Notes under the pieces: model-generated
Databases searched by the model: none
What the model saw: only the letters and a program-made list of their open reading frames with translations
Told to the model about the DNA's origin: nothing
Origin: the human T2T-CHM13v2.0 reference genome, Homo sapiens
Strand: one strand, 5' to 3'
Assembly: GCF_009914755.1 (NCBI RefSeq)
Contig: NC_060933.1
Length of the DNA stretch: 64,000 bases
Shown here: positions 43,117-57,504 of the stretch, piece after piece
Layout: the number at the start of each line of letters is the position of its first letter
How positions within the stretch are numbered: position 1 is the stretch's first letter
Position numbers and translations under genes: made by a program

Positions 43117-43457
43117 TATATAATACTTAGGAAAAATGTAGCAAAATATGTGTAAAATATTTATGAAGAAAATAATAAAAGAGAAATGTTTTCTGAAAAG
43201 ACAGAGAGATATATTATGCTCAAGATGTTTGTGGAGCATAACACTCAAAAACATACTTTACCAGATGCTGATGTTAATTTCCCCTGAAATGACCTACAAT
43301 TTTTTCCTAATTTTATTTAAAATACCTGCATCATTTGTGTGTGTGTGTAGAGTTTGACCGTCTGTTTCTAAAATGCACATGCAATGGCAAAGGTCAAAAA
43401 TGGCAAATATTCTCTTGAAGAAAACAGCATAGAGCCACCAAGAGTTATCCTAAAGCT

Positions 43458-43790
<333 letters not shown>

Positions 43791-45763
43791 TCAACATTGT
43801 CCTAGAGATTCTATTCAGTTAATAAGGCAAGAGACAGAAATAAAATATGTAAAGATTTCAAAGGGTGAAATGTGATTTTCATTATTTGCAGATGATACAA
43901 TTATGTATATAGAAAATAAAATTAAAAACTCTACAAACTATTTGAATTCAGCAAGATGACTGGATACAAGACCAAATGCAAAAATAAATTGTACTTCCAT
44001 ATAATATTAACAAATACTTTGGAAATAAAATTATTAAAAATATCGGTTAAATAACACCAAATACCAAGAATGAAAATAATTTTTAAATGGCTAAGATCGC
44101 TCCACTCAACACCGTAAAATATTGATGACAAGTGTTAGAGACTTCAGTGAATGGAGAGTTATCCTGTGTTCATGGATTCGAAGTCTCAATATTGTAAGGA
44201 CATCAATTCTCCCCAAATTGATCCCAGTCAAAATCACAACATTGCTATGGAAATTGACAAGCTGATTCTAAATTTTCTATGAAACTGCAAAGAATTTAGG
44301 ACAGTGGAGAGGAAGATGCGAAACCAGGCCAGGGGACTTCTGCTGCCAGACGTCAAGACACGCTACAAAGTTATAGTAGATAAGACAGCATTGCCTTGAC
44401 ACGAGAACAAATGAGTGGTTCCATGGAAGACAGTTGAGGGCCCAGAAACACAGGCATGCTGTTCTCATACTTAGCGACAAGTCCTCTGCAATTCAATGGG
44501 GGAAAAGAAAAACCTTTTTCAATAAATGATGCTGGATTAATTGAATATCTAAATGGGAAAGAATAAACCCTGGCCCCCTACCTCATACCCATGCAAACAA
44601 ATGGACTCAAAGTGAGCCAAAAATACAGTGAGATTTCTAGAAGAAAACATCGAACATCTTCATGATCTTTGGATCACCTAAGCTTTGTTAGGCACACACA
44701 AAAAAAATCCTAAAATAAAAGTTTGAGAAATTGGACCTCATTAATATTAAGAACTTCTCTTTATCAAAAGACATCATTAAGAGAGTAGAAAGGAAACTCA
44801 CATATGAGGAGAAGATATTTGTAAAACACATGTCCAAAAAAGAACTTGGAAAAGAATATATAAAGAATCCTATAAATCAATTTTAAAAAGGTAGTCAACT
44901 CAATATTTTTAAATGGGCAAAAACCAAACAGACACTTCTCAAAAGAAGACATACAAATAGCCAATTAATATATTTTAAAAGTTGCTTAACACCATTAGTC
45001 GTCCAAGAAATGCAAATTAAAACCAGCGTGAATTATTCCTACATACCTATCAGAATGGCTAAAATTAGATAATAATAAATGCTAGAAAGGTTTTAGAACA
45101 ACTTGAATTCTCATATTGGAGTTGGTGGAGTGAAAAAAATGATCCAACACTTTGGAAAACTCTTCAGTGGTATTCTCTATGACGCAGCAATTCCATTCTT
45201 AGGTATTTATCCAACGGAAATAAGTGCATAGATCCACCAAAAGCCATATCCAAGAATGCCTGTGGCAGCTATATTCATAACAGCCAAAACCTGTCAGCAA
45301 TCCAGATGGTTATCAACAAGTGAACCGGTAAACACAGCGGCAAATACCCACAGAGTGGAATCCTGCACCGTAGTGAAAAAATATAAACACGGGGGAATCT
45401 CACAGATACAGTGCTGAATAAAACAAGCCAGATGCAAAGGTATGCATAGTGTATGTTTATATTTACATAAAATTTTAAAACTGGCTACAATTTGATAACA
45501 TAAATGGAATGAACAAATTCCTTGAAAGACACAATCTACCAAACTCACACAAGGATAAATAGACAATCTGAATATACCAATATCTATTTTTTAAATTAAG
45601 GCAACAATTAACAATCTTCTAAAACAGAAAACACCAGGCCCAGAGGGCTTCAGTGATAAATTCTACCAAACATGTAAGAAAGAAATTACACCTAGAGGTT
45701 TTCTACATGTTTCAGAAAGCAGCAGCAGAGGAAATATTTCATAAGTCATTCTATGAGGCCAGC

Positions 45764-45982
45764 TGTGATGGTCAATTGCATGTGTCAACTTGACAGGGCT
45801 GAGGGATGCCCAGACAGTTGGTAAAACATTGTTTCTGGGTGTATTGTGAGGGTGTTTTCAGCAGGAATTAGCATTTGAATCAGTAGACTCAGTAAAGGTC
45901 TGCCCTCACCCATGTGGGCAGGAACCATCCAATCTGTTGACGGCCCAGATAGAACTAGAACAAAAAGGTGGAGGAAGGGCAA

Positions 45983-46052
<70 letters not shown>

Positions 46053-46247
46053 TTAGGCTGAAACATCCATCTTCTCCTGCCCTCAGACATGGGAGCACCT
46101 GGTTCTCAGGCCTTTGGACTTGGACTGAATTAAGCCACCAGCTTTCCTGGGTCTCCAGCTTGCAGACCGCAAATGGGACTTCTTGGTCTCCATAATAGTG
46201 CGAGTCAACTTCCATGATACATCTCCTCTTCTGTATACCCTAATATG
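45764..46247 (+). mobile_element. Solo MLT2 LTR with internal (CT)n, inserted in L1 ORF2
   Basis: TGTGATGGTCAATT..TGTCAACTTGAC start; 5-bp TSD CCAGC at 45759-45763 and 46248-46252; L1 reads through across the site. Confidence 0.88.
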
Positions 46248-48994
46248 CCAGCATTGCCCTCATATGCAAACCAGACAAAGAGAGCACAAGAAAACTACAG
46301 TCCAGTGTTTCTCATAAGCACAGATGTAAAAGCAGGCCAAACTCACCTGTGGCGAGAGAAGAGGAACAGTGCCTGCCTTCGGGGAGGGGGTTACTGGGAG
46401 GCGTGGGACGTGTCTGCTGGGGTGCTGGGCACCATGTCTTGACCTGGGCCTCCATGTCTTGACCTCACTGACAGATGGTCATATACATATGTAAAATTTC
46501 ATCTAACTGCACATCCTGTGTGTGTTATACCTCAATAAAAGAGGAAAACATTTTTTAAAAAACCAAAAAACAACTCCTCAATGATGCGGCATTTCACTCT
46601 CATCAAATAGGCAAAAAGTGTGGCCAAGGACAGGAGAAACCCAAACTGTCACGCACTGCAGGTGGGCACACATGCTGGCATGTGTTGCTGCTTAGTGAAG
46701 GTGGGTGCCGAGTCTGTGGATCTCTGGAGACCAGTAGATCTCCCAGTTTTGAGCTTCATGGCACTTGTATCCACACAGGGCTGACGTTTATAAAACAAAA
46801 CGGCAGCCTCGCTCCCACCTTCACATCTGTAGTTTTCCAGAGCCTAAGGCAGAGTGCACCCTGGGGCACCCCTCACCCCATCCTCAGCCATCCCCACTGA
46901 AAAGACGCAGGTGAGCGCCTGCCCCAGTGAGCATGGCCCCTGCCCAGCCACGGCCCCAGACACCCTGCTCCACTCCAGACTCTGCAGGTCCCGAGAGTGT
47001 GGGTGCTCAGGGTCCTGGAGCAAGAGCAGAATCCCCTCAGGTCTGCCTCGCCCAGGAGACCACAGAGGGTGGGGGCAGGAGAGCCCAGGGGGAGGCCCTG
47101 CTCACTGGGCAGTCTCCAAGAAGTGGGAAGTTCTCAGGCAGGCCAGAGAGTGCAGGGGGCAGACAGAGGTTGCTGCAAGGTTGATGTTCATTCAGGCCAG
47201 CAGTGGGAGGCTGCCCCCCATCCTTCCTCCACCACACCCCATCCCACCTCACCCAGCCCACCCAGACCCAGAGTTCCAGCTCTTTCACAGGTGTGGAGAG
47301 GAGACCTGAGGCCCATCCCTGGGACGTGAGCATCCAAGAGTCCCTGCAGCCAGGCTGGGGTAGGGAGCAGGTCCTTGGGAGTCAGGAGGGCGGATCGGTT
47401 CCATTATTGCCATCAGGTCCACTCTGCCGTGGCTCATTCTGGGGCTCCACTGCCCTGGGCTCAGCCCTGTCCAGTGAAGCACTTGTACAGGAGTCCCTTG
47501 CCTCCACCCACTCTGCCCTTCCCACCTGCCCTGGATGCCTGAGCCTGGTGAAAAATGCCCAGGCTTCTGCATGTGACTAAGGTGGATCTCCAATTTGTGG
47601 ATTTCCAAGAAAGCCCCCGTGCCCTGCTGCAGCCCCCAAAGGAGGCATCTCCCAAGGGGGCATCTCGAGTGAGTACAGCCCTGAGCCTGTCTTCCTCACA
47701 GCCGCACCTCATAACACTCAAGCCATGAGCTCCTCCATCTTCCCTCTGACTTGGAAGGATTCTGTTCACCATCATTCTTGGACAAGAAGGCGGGTGCCTG
47801 GCTGTCTCTCCAGAGGGTTTCTGCAGTGTCATAATGGCAGAGATGAGGGTTATTGTTGCGTCTTCTCCATGTTCAGGCTTATGAGCATCTGTTCTGTGTG
47901 CACCACTGAGAAGGTGGTAGTAACAGGGCAAGGAGCAATGTGAGGGGTACAAAAAGAAGACAGGGACAGGGCACAAAATAAGGAGAAAATGCTGGCCTCG
48001 CTATTGGAAAGTTTTCAATCCAGTTGAAGAAACCACTATGAGGTAGCATTCACCTGCCAGGTCATATTCCTGAGTGCTGCCTGAATCCTCTCACTCCATC
48101 CTCACCAAAACCCTGGAGAGAGTAGCTGTCCCATCCTATAGGGGAGGAACAAAAGGCTCATGATATGGACACCAGGTAACATGCAGGAATCTGACAGGCC
48201 TTTAAAAATGTGGATCCTTGTCCAATGAGTTCTCTCAAAGGTGGATCTTTGAAAGAGGCCCCAGCTGTTCCTATTTTCCTGGCCCAGTTGTTTTAAACAG
48301 CAAAATTAACTTCAAAGACCTCATTTTGCTTCCCAGTGAGGTTCCTGTGGCTTTGCTGGAGACTGCGTGGATCCTGGAGAGCAAGAATATCCTGGAGCCC
48401 CCAAATCTTCCTGGTCTACTGATGTGAGGCCCACAGAATCCTGCAATGAGGAATAAGTGTTGTGCCGAATTACTGCAAAGATTAGAGACTTCAGTCCTGA
48501 GTGATCAACAAACAGACAACGCCATGCAAGTGGTTTCACAAGGGCAGGTAGTTTAGGACCACAGAGCAACCCAGGGGAGGCCGGATTAGGGAAATCGGCA
48601 ATGCCACAGGATCCTCCTTAGCCAGTGGCCTGCTTTTCCCCGCTGAGTAGGTCCGAAGAGATGCTGAGCAGATGCATGTCGGTTTTACCACACACTCCAT
48701 TGGCCATCCCTCAGGCTTAGAGGGACAATGCTTGGAGCCCAAGGAACTTGATACTCATTGCAACCAGGTCTGTGAGGACCACCCTTGGGGCTTCTTAACC
48801 ACTCAGATGTGTCCCACCCCACTGTCTGATTCTGACTCCCTCTGGAGATTATAACATGTGCCCCTAGGTCATTCTTAGCATCAGGGAAGCTTGGGGAAAA
48901 TTGATCTAAACCAACCCTCCCCCAGTCTGATGCCTGAATCCCATCCACCCAGCTCAACCCAGGTGCACATCACCTGTGGGGCCTTATAAACACT

Positions 48995-50768
48995 TACACA
49001 ATTAAAGAAAGCCTAAATAAATAGAGAGACATACAATGTTCATGGATTGGGAGACTCAGAATAGTAGTAAAGATATCAATTATCTTCCAATTAATCTATA
49101 GATTTAGCATAATTCCTGTCAAAATACTAGTCATCTTTTTGTAGGTATGGACAAGCCTATTCTAAAATGCATAGGGAAAGATAAATGACCTAGAAAAAAA
49201 CTAACTATAACTGAAAGTGGAATCTTCTGTAAGCTAAAACAATTTTGAAAAAGAAGAAGAAAGTAGGAGAGATCACTTTACCAGATATTAAGACTTACTA
49301 TAGAGGTACAACAATTAAGACAGTGTGTATTAGGAGAGGGATAAATACATAGATCAATAGAACAGAATATAAAAACCAGAATTAGACCATGCAAATATGT
49401 CCAACTTATTTTTGACAAAGATGCAAAAGCAATTAAATGGAAGAAAGATAGTATTTACAACAAATGGTGCTGGAGCAGTGGAAAACCTATGGGCAAAAAG
49501 TGAAAGTCAACCTAAACCTCATGCTTTATACAAAAGTTCACTCAAAATAGATCATGGACTTCAGTGTAAACTACAAATTAAAAGATTTTTTACAAAAAAA
49601 ATAGAACTTTGGACAGAGTGTTTAAAGTTGACAAAGCTTGACCCACAAAAGGAAAAAATGATAAATCGGGTCTCATCAGAATTAAAAACTTTTCTTTTGC
49701 AAAAGTTTCCATTAAGAGGATGAAAAGACAAGCTACATTCTGGGAGGAAATATTTGCAAGTCACATGTCCTACAAAGGACAAGTATCTATAAGATATAAA
49801 GAACTCTCAAAATTCAATAGAAAAAGAATTTATTTATGAAATGGGCAAGAAACATGAACAGACATTTCACCAAACGGAATATACAAATAGCAAATAGGGA
49901 TATGAAAAGATGTTCAACATCATTAGCTATTAGGGAAGTGCACATTAAACAACCATAAGCTATCACAACAGACCTATCAGAATGGCTAAAATAAAAGCAA
50001 ATACTAAACAATGGCAGGATGCAAAGAAACTGGATCACTCAAACCTTGCTTGGTGAGAACATGAAATGCTACAACCACTATGGAAGACAGCTTGCCAGTT
50101 GGTTGTAAAACAAAACACAGTGACCATACTCCTCAGTCATTGCACTCTTGGGCATTTATTCCAGAAAAACAAAAACATGTTTACTGAAAACCCTAACCAC
50201 GGTGCTCATAGCAGCTTTATTTGTAATAGTTCCAAGCAGGAAATAAGCCAGATGCGCTTCAATAGGTGAGTGGCTACACCAATTGTGATACATCCCCACC
50301 AGCACACTGGAATCCCACAGCATAAAAAGAACAAACTATTGATACATCCCACAGCAACTGGGTTTGAAGCTCAAGGGAGCTCTCTGCTGAGTGAAAAGGG
50401 CCAATTCCAAAGGGTTCCACACTCTATGGTTCTATTTGCGTAATGTCCTTGAAATGCCAAATTACAGAGATAGAGAAGACAGCGGTGGGTGCCAGGAGTT
50501 ACGGTGCAGGTGGGCACAGGAGGGAGGTGGGAAGCAGGTGTAACCATGAAGGGCACCCCAAGGGCTCCTCTTGGTGAAGGACATTCTGTGTCTTGCATGT
50601 GTCTTTGTCAGTATCCTGCTGGGACCCTGGGCTGGAGTTCTGCAAGCTGTTACCATTGGGGAGACTGGGTAAAGGGTTCAAGGGACCTCTCTACATCATG
50701 TTCACAACTGCATGTAGCTGTACAGTGATCTCAACATAAACGTTTACAATTAAAAAATAAATAAATAA
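48995..50768 (+). mobile_element. L1M (MB/MC-like) ORF2 3' end and 3' UTR with A tail
   Basis: CATGGATTGGGAGACTCA..AACAAATGGTGCTGGAGC..GACATTTCACCAA..TACCATTGGGGAGACTGGGTAAAGGG..AAAAAATAAATAAATAA; possible MER5-like pieces on both sides. Confidence 0.85.
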
Positions 50769-51260
50769 CGTCTGTGCTCTGATCTGGCCCAGTTGCCTCA
50801 AAATCTCTTGAATAGGGCAGGGAATTCCAGGGGATTCTGACCCTCAGACAAGGTTGAGACCCCAGAGCTGTGGAGACGGGACAGAGCACTGGCATTGATT
50901 ATTTTTCCATGGGTGACTCTGAGTGTCTCCTGCCAGGCCCACAGTAGGCGCTCAGTAAAGAGGTGCGGCCACTCGGGGCAGCGGGCTCGTGGACACTCCC
51001 CATGTCACAAAGCCCTGTCTCACAGCGGCAAAGCCACCTGGGACTTTCTCCTGACAGTGTTGTCACCAAGATCCTGGAGCATCTTACCATAGTGAAACAT
51101 GAGGAATGACCTAATATCCAACGATAAGAGGTGTTTACATAAATTAGGATAAGATGTTTCAATGAAATGTTACACAGACGTCAAAAATAAGGTTTGTGAA
51201 ACGTACAGAATACCAGGAAGTGTTCCTGTTGAGGTTCCATGGAAATGGCAGGAGACAATT

Positions 51261-51371
51261 TATTTTATTTTATTTTATTTTATTTTATTTTATATTTTTT
51301 GAGACGGAGTCTCACTCTGTCACCCAGGCTGGAGTGCAGTGGCGCAATCTCAGCTCACTGCAACCTCCGCC
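51261..51371 (-). mobile_element. Severely 5'-truncated Alu
   Basis: Only about 72 nt of the right-arm 3' end plus (TTTTA)n tail; 15-bp TSD TGGCAGGAGA(C/T)AATT at 51246-51260 and 51372-51386. Confidence 0.92.
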
Positions 51372-52247
51372 TGGCAGGAGATAATTATATTGAAGTTACC
51401 TGGAAACGATGGCTCAGAATGGCCAACACTGGGTGTGTGCCTGGCTATGGCCATATTTGTTACGAGTGATGAGAACTACGTCGAACGTCAGCTGCTGTTG
51501 TCTCTGGTCCTTGGACTTGTGTGTGACTTTCAGATTCTCCCCCCTGCACATCTGGATTTTCATTACTTCCCTGATGCACAGGAACTTAACTATTGCGGTT
51601 GTTATAAGGGGAGAGAGAAATAAACCACATTTGACAGCCGAGAAGAACCGTCCCTGGATTGTGACAAGGTGCCTTCCCACAGCTTCTCCCCTTGGCTCCT
51701 GGGTTTGCCCTCTGGGGTCACAGAGGACACGACCGCATTCTTCCCCCCACCTACCTTCAGCGATTTGAGGATGGTAACCCGAGGCCTCTTCATCGTTCAT
51801 CCATTCCCGTTTCTCATCCCACGAATGTTTATGGGGCTTAAACTTAACGCAAGACCGACCCTCATAGCAGATCTTTAAGTGTACTTTACAATACCGTCAG
51901 CTGTAGGCACTGCCGCATGGCAGGTCTCTATGCAGTTTCAGTGAAATGCGATGGGTAAGCCCACCCTTTGAAATCCTTGGGGGGTGGCGGGAAGTGGGGC
52001 ACCGGCACTCACTCGCCTTGTGGCCCCCCTGCGTGTGGCTGTGGGGCCACAGCCTGCTGGCCACACCAGCTCCTCTTCCCTCCCAGGCTCCTGAGCCTGG
52101 TGTGTGTCTACCCAGAGGAAGGCATTAGCTTCTCTGCTGGGCTCCTGTGGCATACCCACATCAGTGACCTGGACACCATGAAAGGCCAGTGTGGTCCCAG
52201 CTCGCCCTTGCCCTCCTCCACCGCATGTCCACCTCCCCGCAGCCAGC

Positions 52248-52411
52248 CCAGGCCCTGGACACGCAGGCCCTGGACATGCAGGCCCTGGACACACAGGCTC
52301 TGGACACAGAGGCCCTGGACACACAGGCCCTGGACACAGAGACCCTGGACACGCAGGCCCTGGACATACAGGCTCTGGACAGAGGCCCTGGACACATAGG
52401 GCTGGACACAC
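52248..52411. repeat. 15-bp minisatellite, about 11 copies
   Basis: GGCCCTGGACAC(G/A)CA at 52251, 52266, 52281 and onward. Confidence 0.93.
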
Positions 52412-52700
52412 ATGGCTGGACTTAGGACAAGGTGGGCCAGGCGCTCACCTCAGGGGCAAAATCGATGGAGGTGCCAACAAACACAATCATTGAGACAGAT
52501 AACACTTTAAAGCAATGTATTTTAAGTCAAATTGCATGCAAACAATCCTTGATGAACCAACATTTCTAAATGAAGACAGGACCAGGAATGATCAAGAATA
52601 TGGATGCGCCATGCCATAGGGGACCCTGGAGCAAAAGCCGGCATCAAAACGTGGGTGATGGGGGCTGGCCTCGGCATCGCAGGAGGTCACACCCCTGTCA
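52411..52700 (+). mobile_element. hAT-Tip100 DNA transposon remnant (MER96B-like)
   Basis: GGCGCTCACCTCAGGGGCAAAAT..GCAATGTATTTT..AATCCTTGATGAAC..TAAATGAAGACAGGA resembles MER96B as I recall it. Confidence 0.6.
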
Positions 52701-53509
52701 GGGAATCACAGCTCCTTCCGGGTGCTTCTGCCTTCAGATCTGTTGGGCTACTGCGTCATCAGCCTGGAGTCCTCCTCGTCTTAGAGAGGAGAGACTGTGC
52801 CGAAAGGTCTCAGGGAGCTGCGCTGGACCACACAGGATGTACACCACAGGGCTGCTGTGGCTCCTGGGCTGGCTCTGCACCGCTGGTCATCCTCACTCAG
52901 AAACCCCCATTGCTGGTGCCTCGGCTTGCACCCCAGCCTCCAGTCCTGGCTGTGCCCAGACACCCAGCCCAGTGTGGCATATGTGGCTGGGATCCATATT
53001 CCAGGAGGCAGCAAGGAAGGAAACCAGCATGCTGTGTGGGTGGGTGTGTGGACTACGTTTAATTTATTAATCAGCTGAAACCCACGCGGAAGGCAGGTTT
53101 TGCGGAAGCCACGTGTGCTGCGTGGGGTCTGTCAGTTTAGCTGCTAATATAAATTTGCTCAGCTGTGACAGACACAGGGTTGTTCTGGCTGAGAGAAAAA
53201 ATAAACGCCTGGCCCTTCATTTTCTTGCCGACAGAGCTAAATGCTCTCCAGGGCCCGCCTGAGGCATCGGGCAGCCACGGGCACCGCCTCTGGGAAGATT
53301 GGTGATTCTGGGGCCCAGCCTGTGTTGGAAACCTGCTCCACTCCTTTCCAGCCACTTGATCTTGGCCACCATCTCAGGAAGGGGAAAGAGCCCTGCTCAC
53401 TCATGGGGTGCTAGAGATTGAAGGAGGGAGGGCTTTGAGGGGTCAGGGTCTGGGGAACGTGTAGCTGCAGCTTGTGGGATAAGCCCTTGGGTGGGCGGCT
53501 GGAGCCTCT

Positions 53510-54140
53510 GCCATGGCTGGCAGGAATGTAAAATGTTGCAGCCCCTTTGCAAAACAGCCTGATGGTTTTCCTTAAAAAGTTAAACACAGAGCTACTGCAG
53601 AACCCAGCACTCCCATGCCTAGGTATGTACCTAAGAGTCTTGAAAACCTATATCCATACAAGAACTTATGTCCACAGCAGCCTTATTCATAATAACCAAA
53701 AGGTACACTTAGCCCTAAGTCTATCAATAGATGAATGAAGAAGCAAAAGGCACTCTTCATACAGCGGAACATTATTCAGCTGGAAAAAGGAGTGAAGCAC
53801 TGGCGCACGCCACAACATGGACGCACCTTGCAAACACGCTGATGAAAGAAGCAAAAGACCACACACTGTGTGAGTCCATTTCGATGCCATGTCCAGGAGA
53901 GGCAAATCCATCGAGGCAGAAAGTAGATGTGGGACTGCTTAGGGACAGGGGTCAGGGGAATAGGAAGGTAAAGGGTGTGGGGTTTCTCTGTGAGATGATA
54001 GAAATGTTCTACAATTGATTGTGATAAAGGTTGCACAACTCTGAATATACTAAAAATTATTGAATTGTACCCTGTAAAGTATGAACAAAGAGGCATGCAA
54101 GTTATAGCTCAAAAAAGCCATTACAAAAAAAAAAAACAAC
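53510..54140 (+). mobile_element. L1MB-like 3' end with poly(A)
   Basis: GGAATGTAAAATG..GCAGCCTTATTCATAATAACC..GGTTGCACAACTCTGAATATACTAAAA..A tail. Confidence 0.85.
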
Positions 54141-54775
54141 AACTTGATAGTTGACCCTGTTCACCCTGTATCTGTTGTTATTTTGGTGTTGTAGAATTTC
54201 ATGAACAACTAAATGCCAAAAACAAAGCACTAAAATGTGAATAAATGTTTAAATCAATTCCTAGTTTATGTAATCAGGTTGTCACCACCTCCTCCAGGGT
54301 CAGTGAATGGGGTCAGGACTCCTGGGTTGCCACCGACTGCCCCGGGACAGCAGGGGCTCTGCTCCAGCTCTCTGAGCAGCCCCATCTGCATGTGTAAGAG
54401 GAAGGCACTGCCCCAGCTCTCCCAGGCTGCCAGGGGATGAAAATCTGTGCAGTTTAAGAAGTGGTTCAGGGTGAGAACCCACAGTTGGGGGCCAGCTGGA
54501 TTCCCAGGGACCCCAGGTTCTGAGAAGACAGTGGAATGGGAGCAGGGAGACGTTTGAGGGGCTGCGTTACCCACCCTGGGAGTCGATGAGCCCCACCGTG
54601 TGCAGGTGAGACGAGGCTCTCCTGAATAGCTGAGCACTTCAGGCCTCCCCACCCACCTCTGCAGCCTCCCGGGGCCGCTGGGAAGATCTATGGTGACAAG
54701 AAGCCTGGGGGAGGCTGAGCCATCTCCGGGCTTTCTCAAGCCGTGCACAGGCACCCACCAGGATGGCGAGGGGAG

Positions 54776-54962
54776 CAGCCAGCCTGCGGCACATGCAGAG
54801 GAGAGCCAGGGTTGATGACGGTAATCACAGTGACAGTTACCAGCTGCAGCCAGGCCTCAGTCCCCACCCCAGCCAGCCTGCAGCACACGCAGAGGAGAGC
54901 CAGGGGTGACGACGGTAATCACAGCGACAGTTACTGGCTACAGCCAGGCCTCAGTCCCCACC
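54776..54962. repeat. 94-bp tandem duplication
   Basis: CAGCCAGCCTGC..GCAGAGGAGAGCCAGGG..GACGGTAATCACAG..CAGCCAGGCCTCAGTCCCCACC at 54776 and 54870. Confidence 0.93.
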
Positions 54963-56636
54963 TGAGAAGGACTCCCAGCCCCAACCCACCACCCCAGCCC
55001 CACCGGGCTCCCATCCTGGCACCTCCAGATTCCCTGTCTTCTGTGCCCTGCAGGAAGTCAGCTTCCTCCTCTGAGAAGCCTCTTCTGATGAGCACTACCC
55101 GGGCTGTCTTCCCCAGGCCTCACTCGTGCAGCATGGGTACCAGCCAGCCTTGTGCAAGGCACTGCTCTTGGCCTTGCCCCAACCAGAGACCCAACTGCAA
55201 GGACCCTCCAGGAATGCCCAAGCCCAGGGAGGGGGACGAGGCAGCAGCAACCAGGCAGTGAGGAGAGAGGCATGGAGCAGGGAGGCTTCCCAGAGGAAAC
55301 TTCAGGCATTGATCCAAGACCTAGAAGTTGGGAGCCTTTGGGTGGGGGGTGGGGAGCAGAAGAAGGGAGGGACAGGGGCCTTGTGCTTTAGGCAGAGGGG
55401 CAGCAGCACCATGCACCCTGAGCCCAAAGAGTGCTCAAATGGGACCGGAGGGTGTGGAGCCGCAGAGCTGGGGATGGGCACTCAGACCACCTGGGCCCAG
55501 ACTTGTCCTGGAGTTTGGTCTTTAGTCCTTGAGTCAACGGACAGCACCGCGCCAGATGCCGGGGCCCCCACCCACCACAGGAGTGGTCACACTGTCTACT
55601 CTCAGCACTGAAACTTTCGGAGGCAGCACTTCTCAGGACGTAAGGGAACTCTGCAAAGTGCAACGTGGGTGCAGATGGTTTGGGGAGGGGCTTCCTTCCA
55701 AGTCAGGAGGATCAGACCCTGGACAGCGGCTTTGACTCCCGAGTCCTTTGCAGGACTTGCTCCCACCTGCTGCCTGGGAGGGGGCAGGCATCAGGCCGGT
55801 CTGCTCATCCCACGGGAGGAAGTGAGGCCTGGGGCCTGGTAGAGGCAGCGCAGAAGAAGCCCAGGTTCCAGCTGCCGCACCTGGCCCGGGGCCAGGGGCC
55901 TTCCTTCCACCCTACCTGCCTCGGGCAAACTCAACTCCAGTGTCGTAGGCCCACAGGGACCTCGCAGCAGTTTCCAACATACCCAGTCGAACAAACCTTA
56001 TTTATGTTTGTTTTTCTCTTTGCAGTGGTTTCTGTCAGCACTAGTGATAGATGGGTGCATGCTGATGGATTTTTCAATCTGCTCCCCATAAAAAGATTGT
56101 ATTTTGACACGTTTAATGCTTTGTTGTAGAGTGTGCAGCCCTGCTGTGAAAATTACTGAATAAATATCTACAGCCCTGCAGAGTTGAGAAGGCTGTGGTC
56201 ATGAAACCCAAGGATGGTCACGCCCTTTCTCCCTGGGACTGGCAAGAGGAGGGGAGCGGCTTCCCCGGCTGCTGGGCCTAGTGCTGGATGCCCACTGAGA
56301 AAGTCCTTGGGCTCTGCGTATGGGAGCTGCATCCTCACCCTTGTCCCCTGAGCTGATCCTGCTGGAAGCCAGTGCCCACCAGCTGTTTCCTGGCTCTCGG
56401 CTCTAGGCTCTCGGGCTACTGGCTTTGGAATGAGGTGGATTAGGGCTGGAGGGGCAGACATGGAGAAGAGAATGAGTGAGAGGCCAGGCACTGTGGATCA
56501 GTCTTCAGCTCCCTGGATTTGGGGGACTTATCACCAGCCATGGGGGAGGCCTGGTTTTCGTACACCAGAGGGACAGACGGCTGCTCTGCTGTGGGAGCAA
56601 AGTCCTGAAGAACATCAGCATGCAGCCCTCCCACAG

Positions 56637-57048
56637 CCACACACACATACACACACACACACACACACACGTGCACATAAACACAGATACACACTCACAC
56701 TCACAGATACACATGCACACACAGATACACACATGTGTGCACACAGAGATATACAGGTGGGCACACACACAGATACATAAACGTGTACACACAGACACTC
56801 ACAGGTACATATGCACACACGGATACACATATGCACACACAGAGATACACATACATGCACACACACAGATATGCACTCAGACACACACAGACACAGATAC
56901 ACATGCACACACAGATATACACACGTACACATAAAGAGATATACACAGAGACACAGATACACACTCAGACACACATGCACACACACATATACACATACCA
57001 CACACACACATTCACAGACATAACAGAGATGCACACATATGCACACAC
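56637..57048. repeat. (CA)-rich compound microsatellite
   Basis: CACACAGATACACATG iterations. Confidence 0.9.
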
Positions 57049-57504
57049 CAGGTGGCCCACCCAAGTGGGGCTACCAGATGTCAACTCACCACAAGGCCCG
57101 GGCTGGGGAGCTGAAGCTTTGGGGCCACACCTAGGACACCGTCAGGCTCAGAGGGCCGAGCAGTGACTTTGCCCACAGGGCAGACCCTGAAGGGCTGGGA
57201 CGCAGGAAAGCTAACTGAGGCACATGGCAGGTGTTCTGGGGGGACAGACTCAGGTGAGAGACCTTGTTGAGCCCCACCCCTGAGAGGAGAGAGCAGAGAA
57301 AGAGATGGGGGCTCTGGCTGGGGGATGAGGCCCCACGGAAGCTGCCAGGGTGTGGCAGAAATGGCCAGGGCGGGGCAGGAGCTGAGGCTGGAGTTCATGG
57401 CCTTGCACTGGCCGTGGGCGCAGTGGCAGCTCACAGATCCTGTGAGACTCTTCCTTCTCTGGAAATGCAGAGGGCACCCAGGGAAAATGAAAAATGATGG
57501 CGAC

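Noticed and set aside
57043-57060. CTCF-like motif CACCAGGTGGCCC
   Set aside because: Only a partial match at the edge of a microsatellite; not supportable without data.
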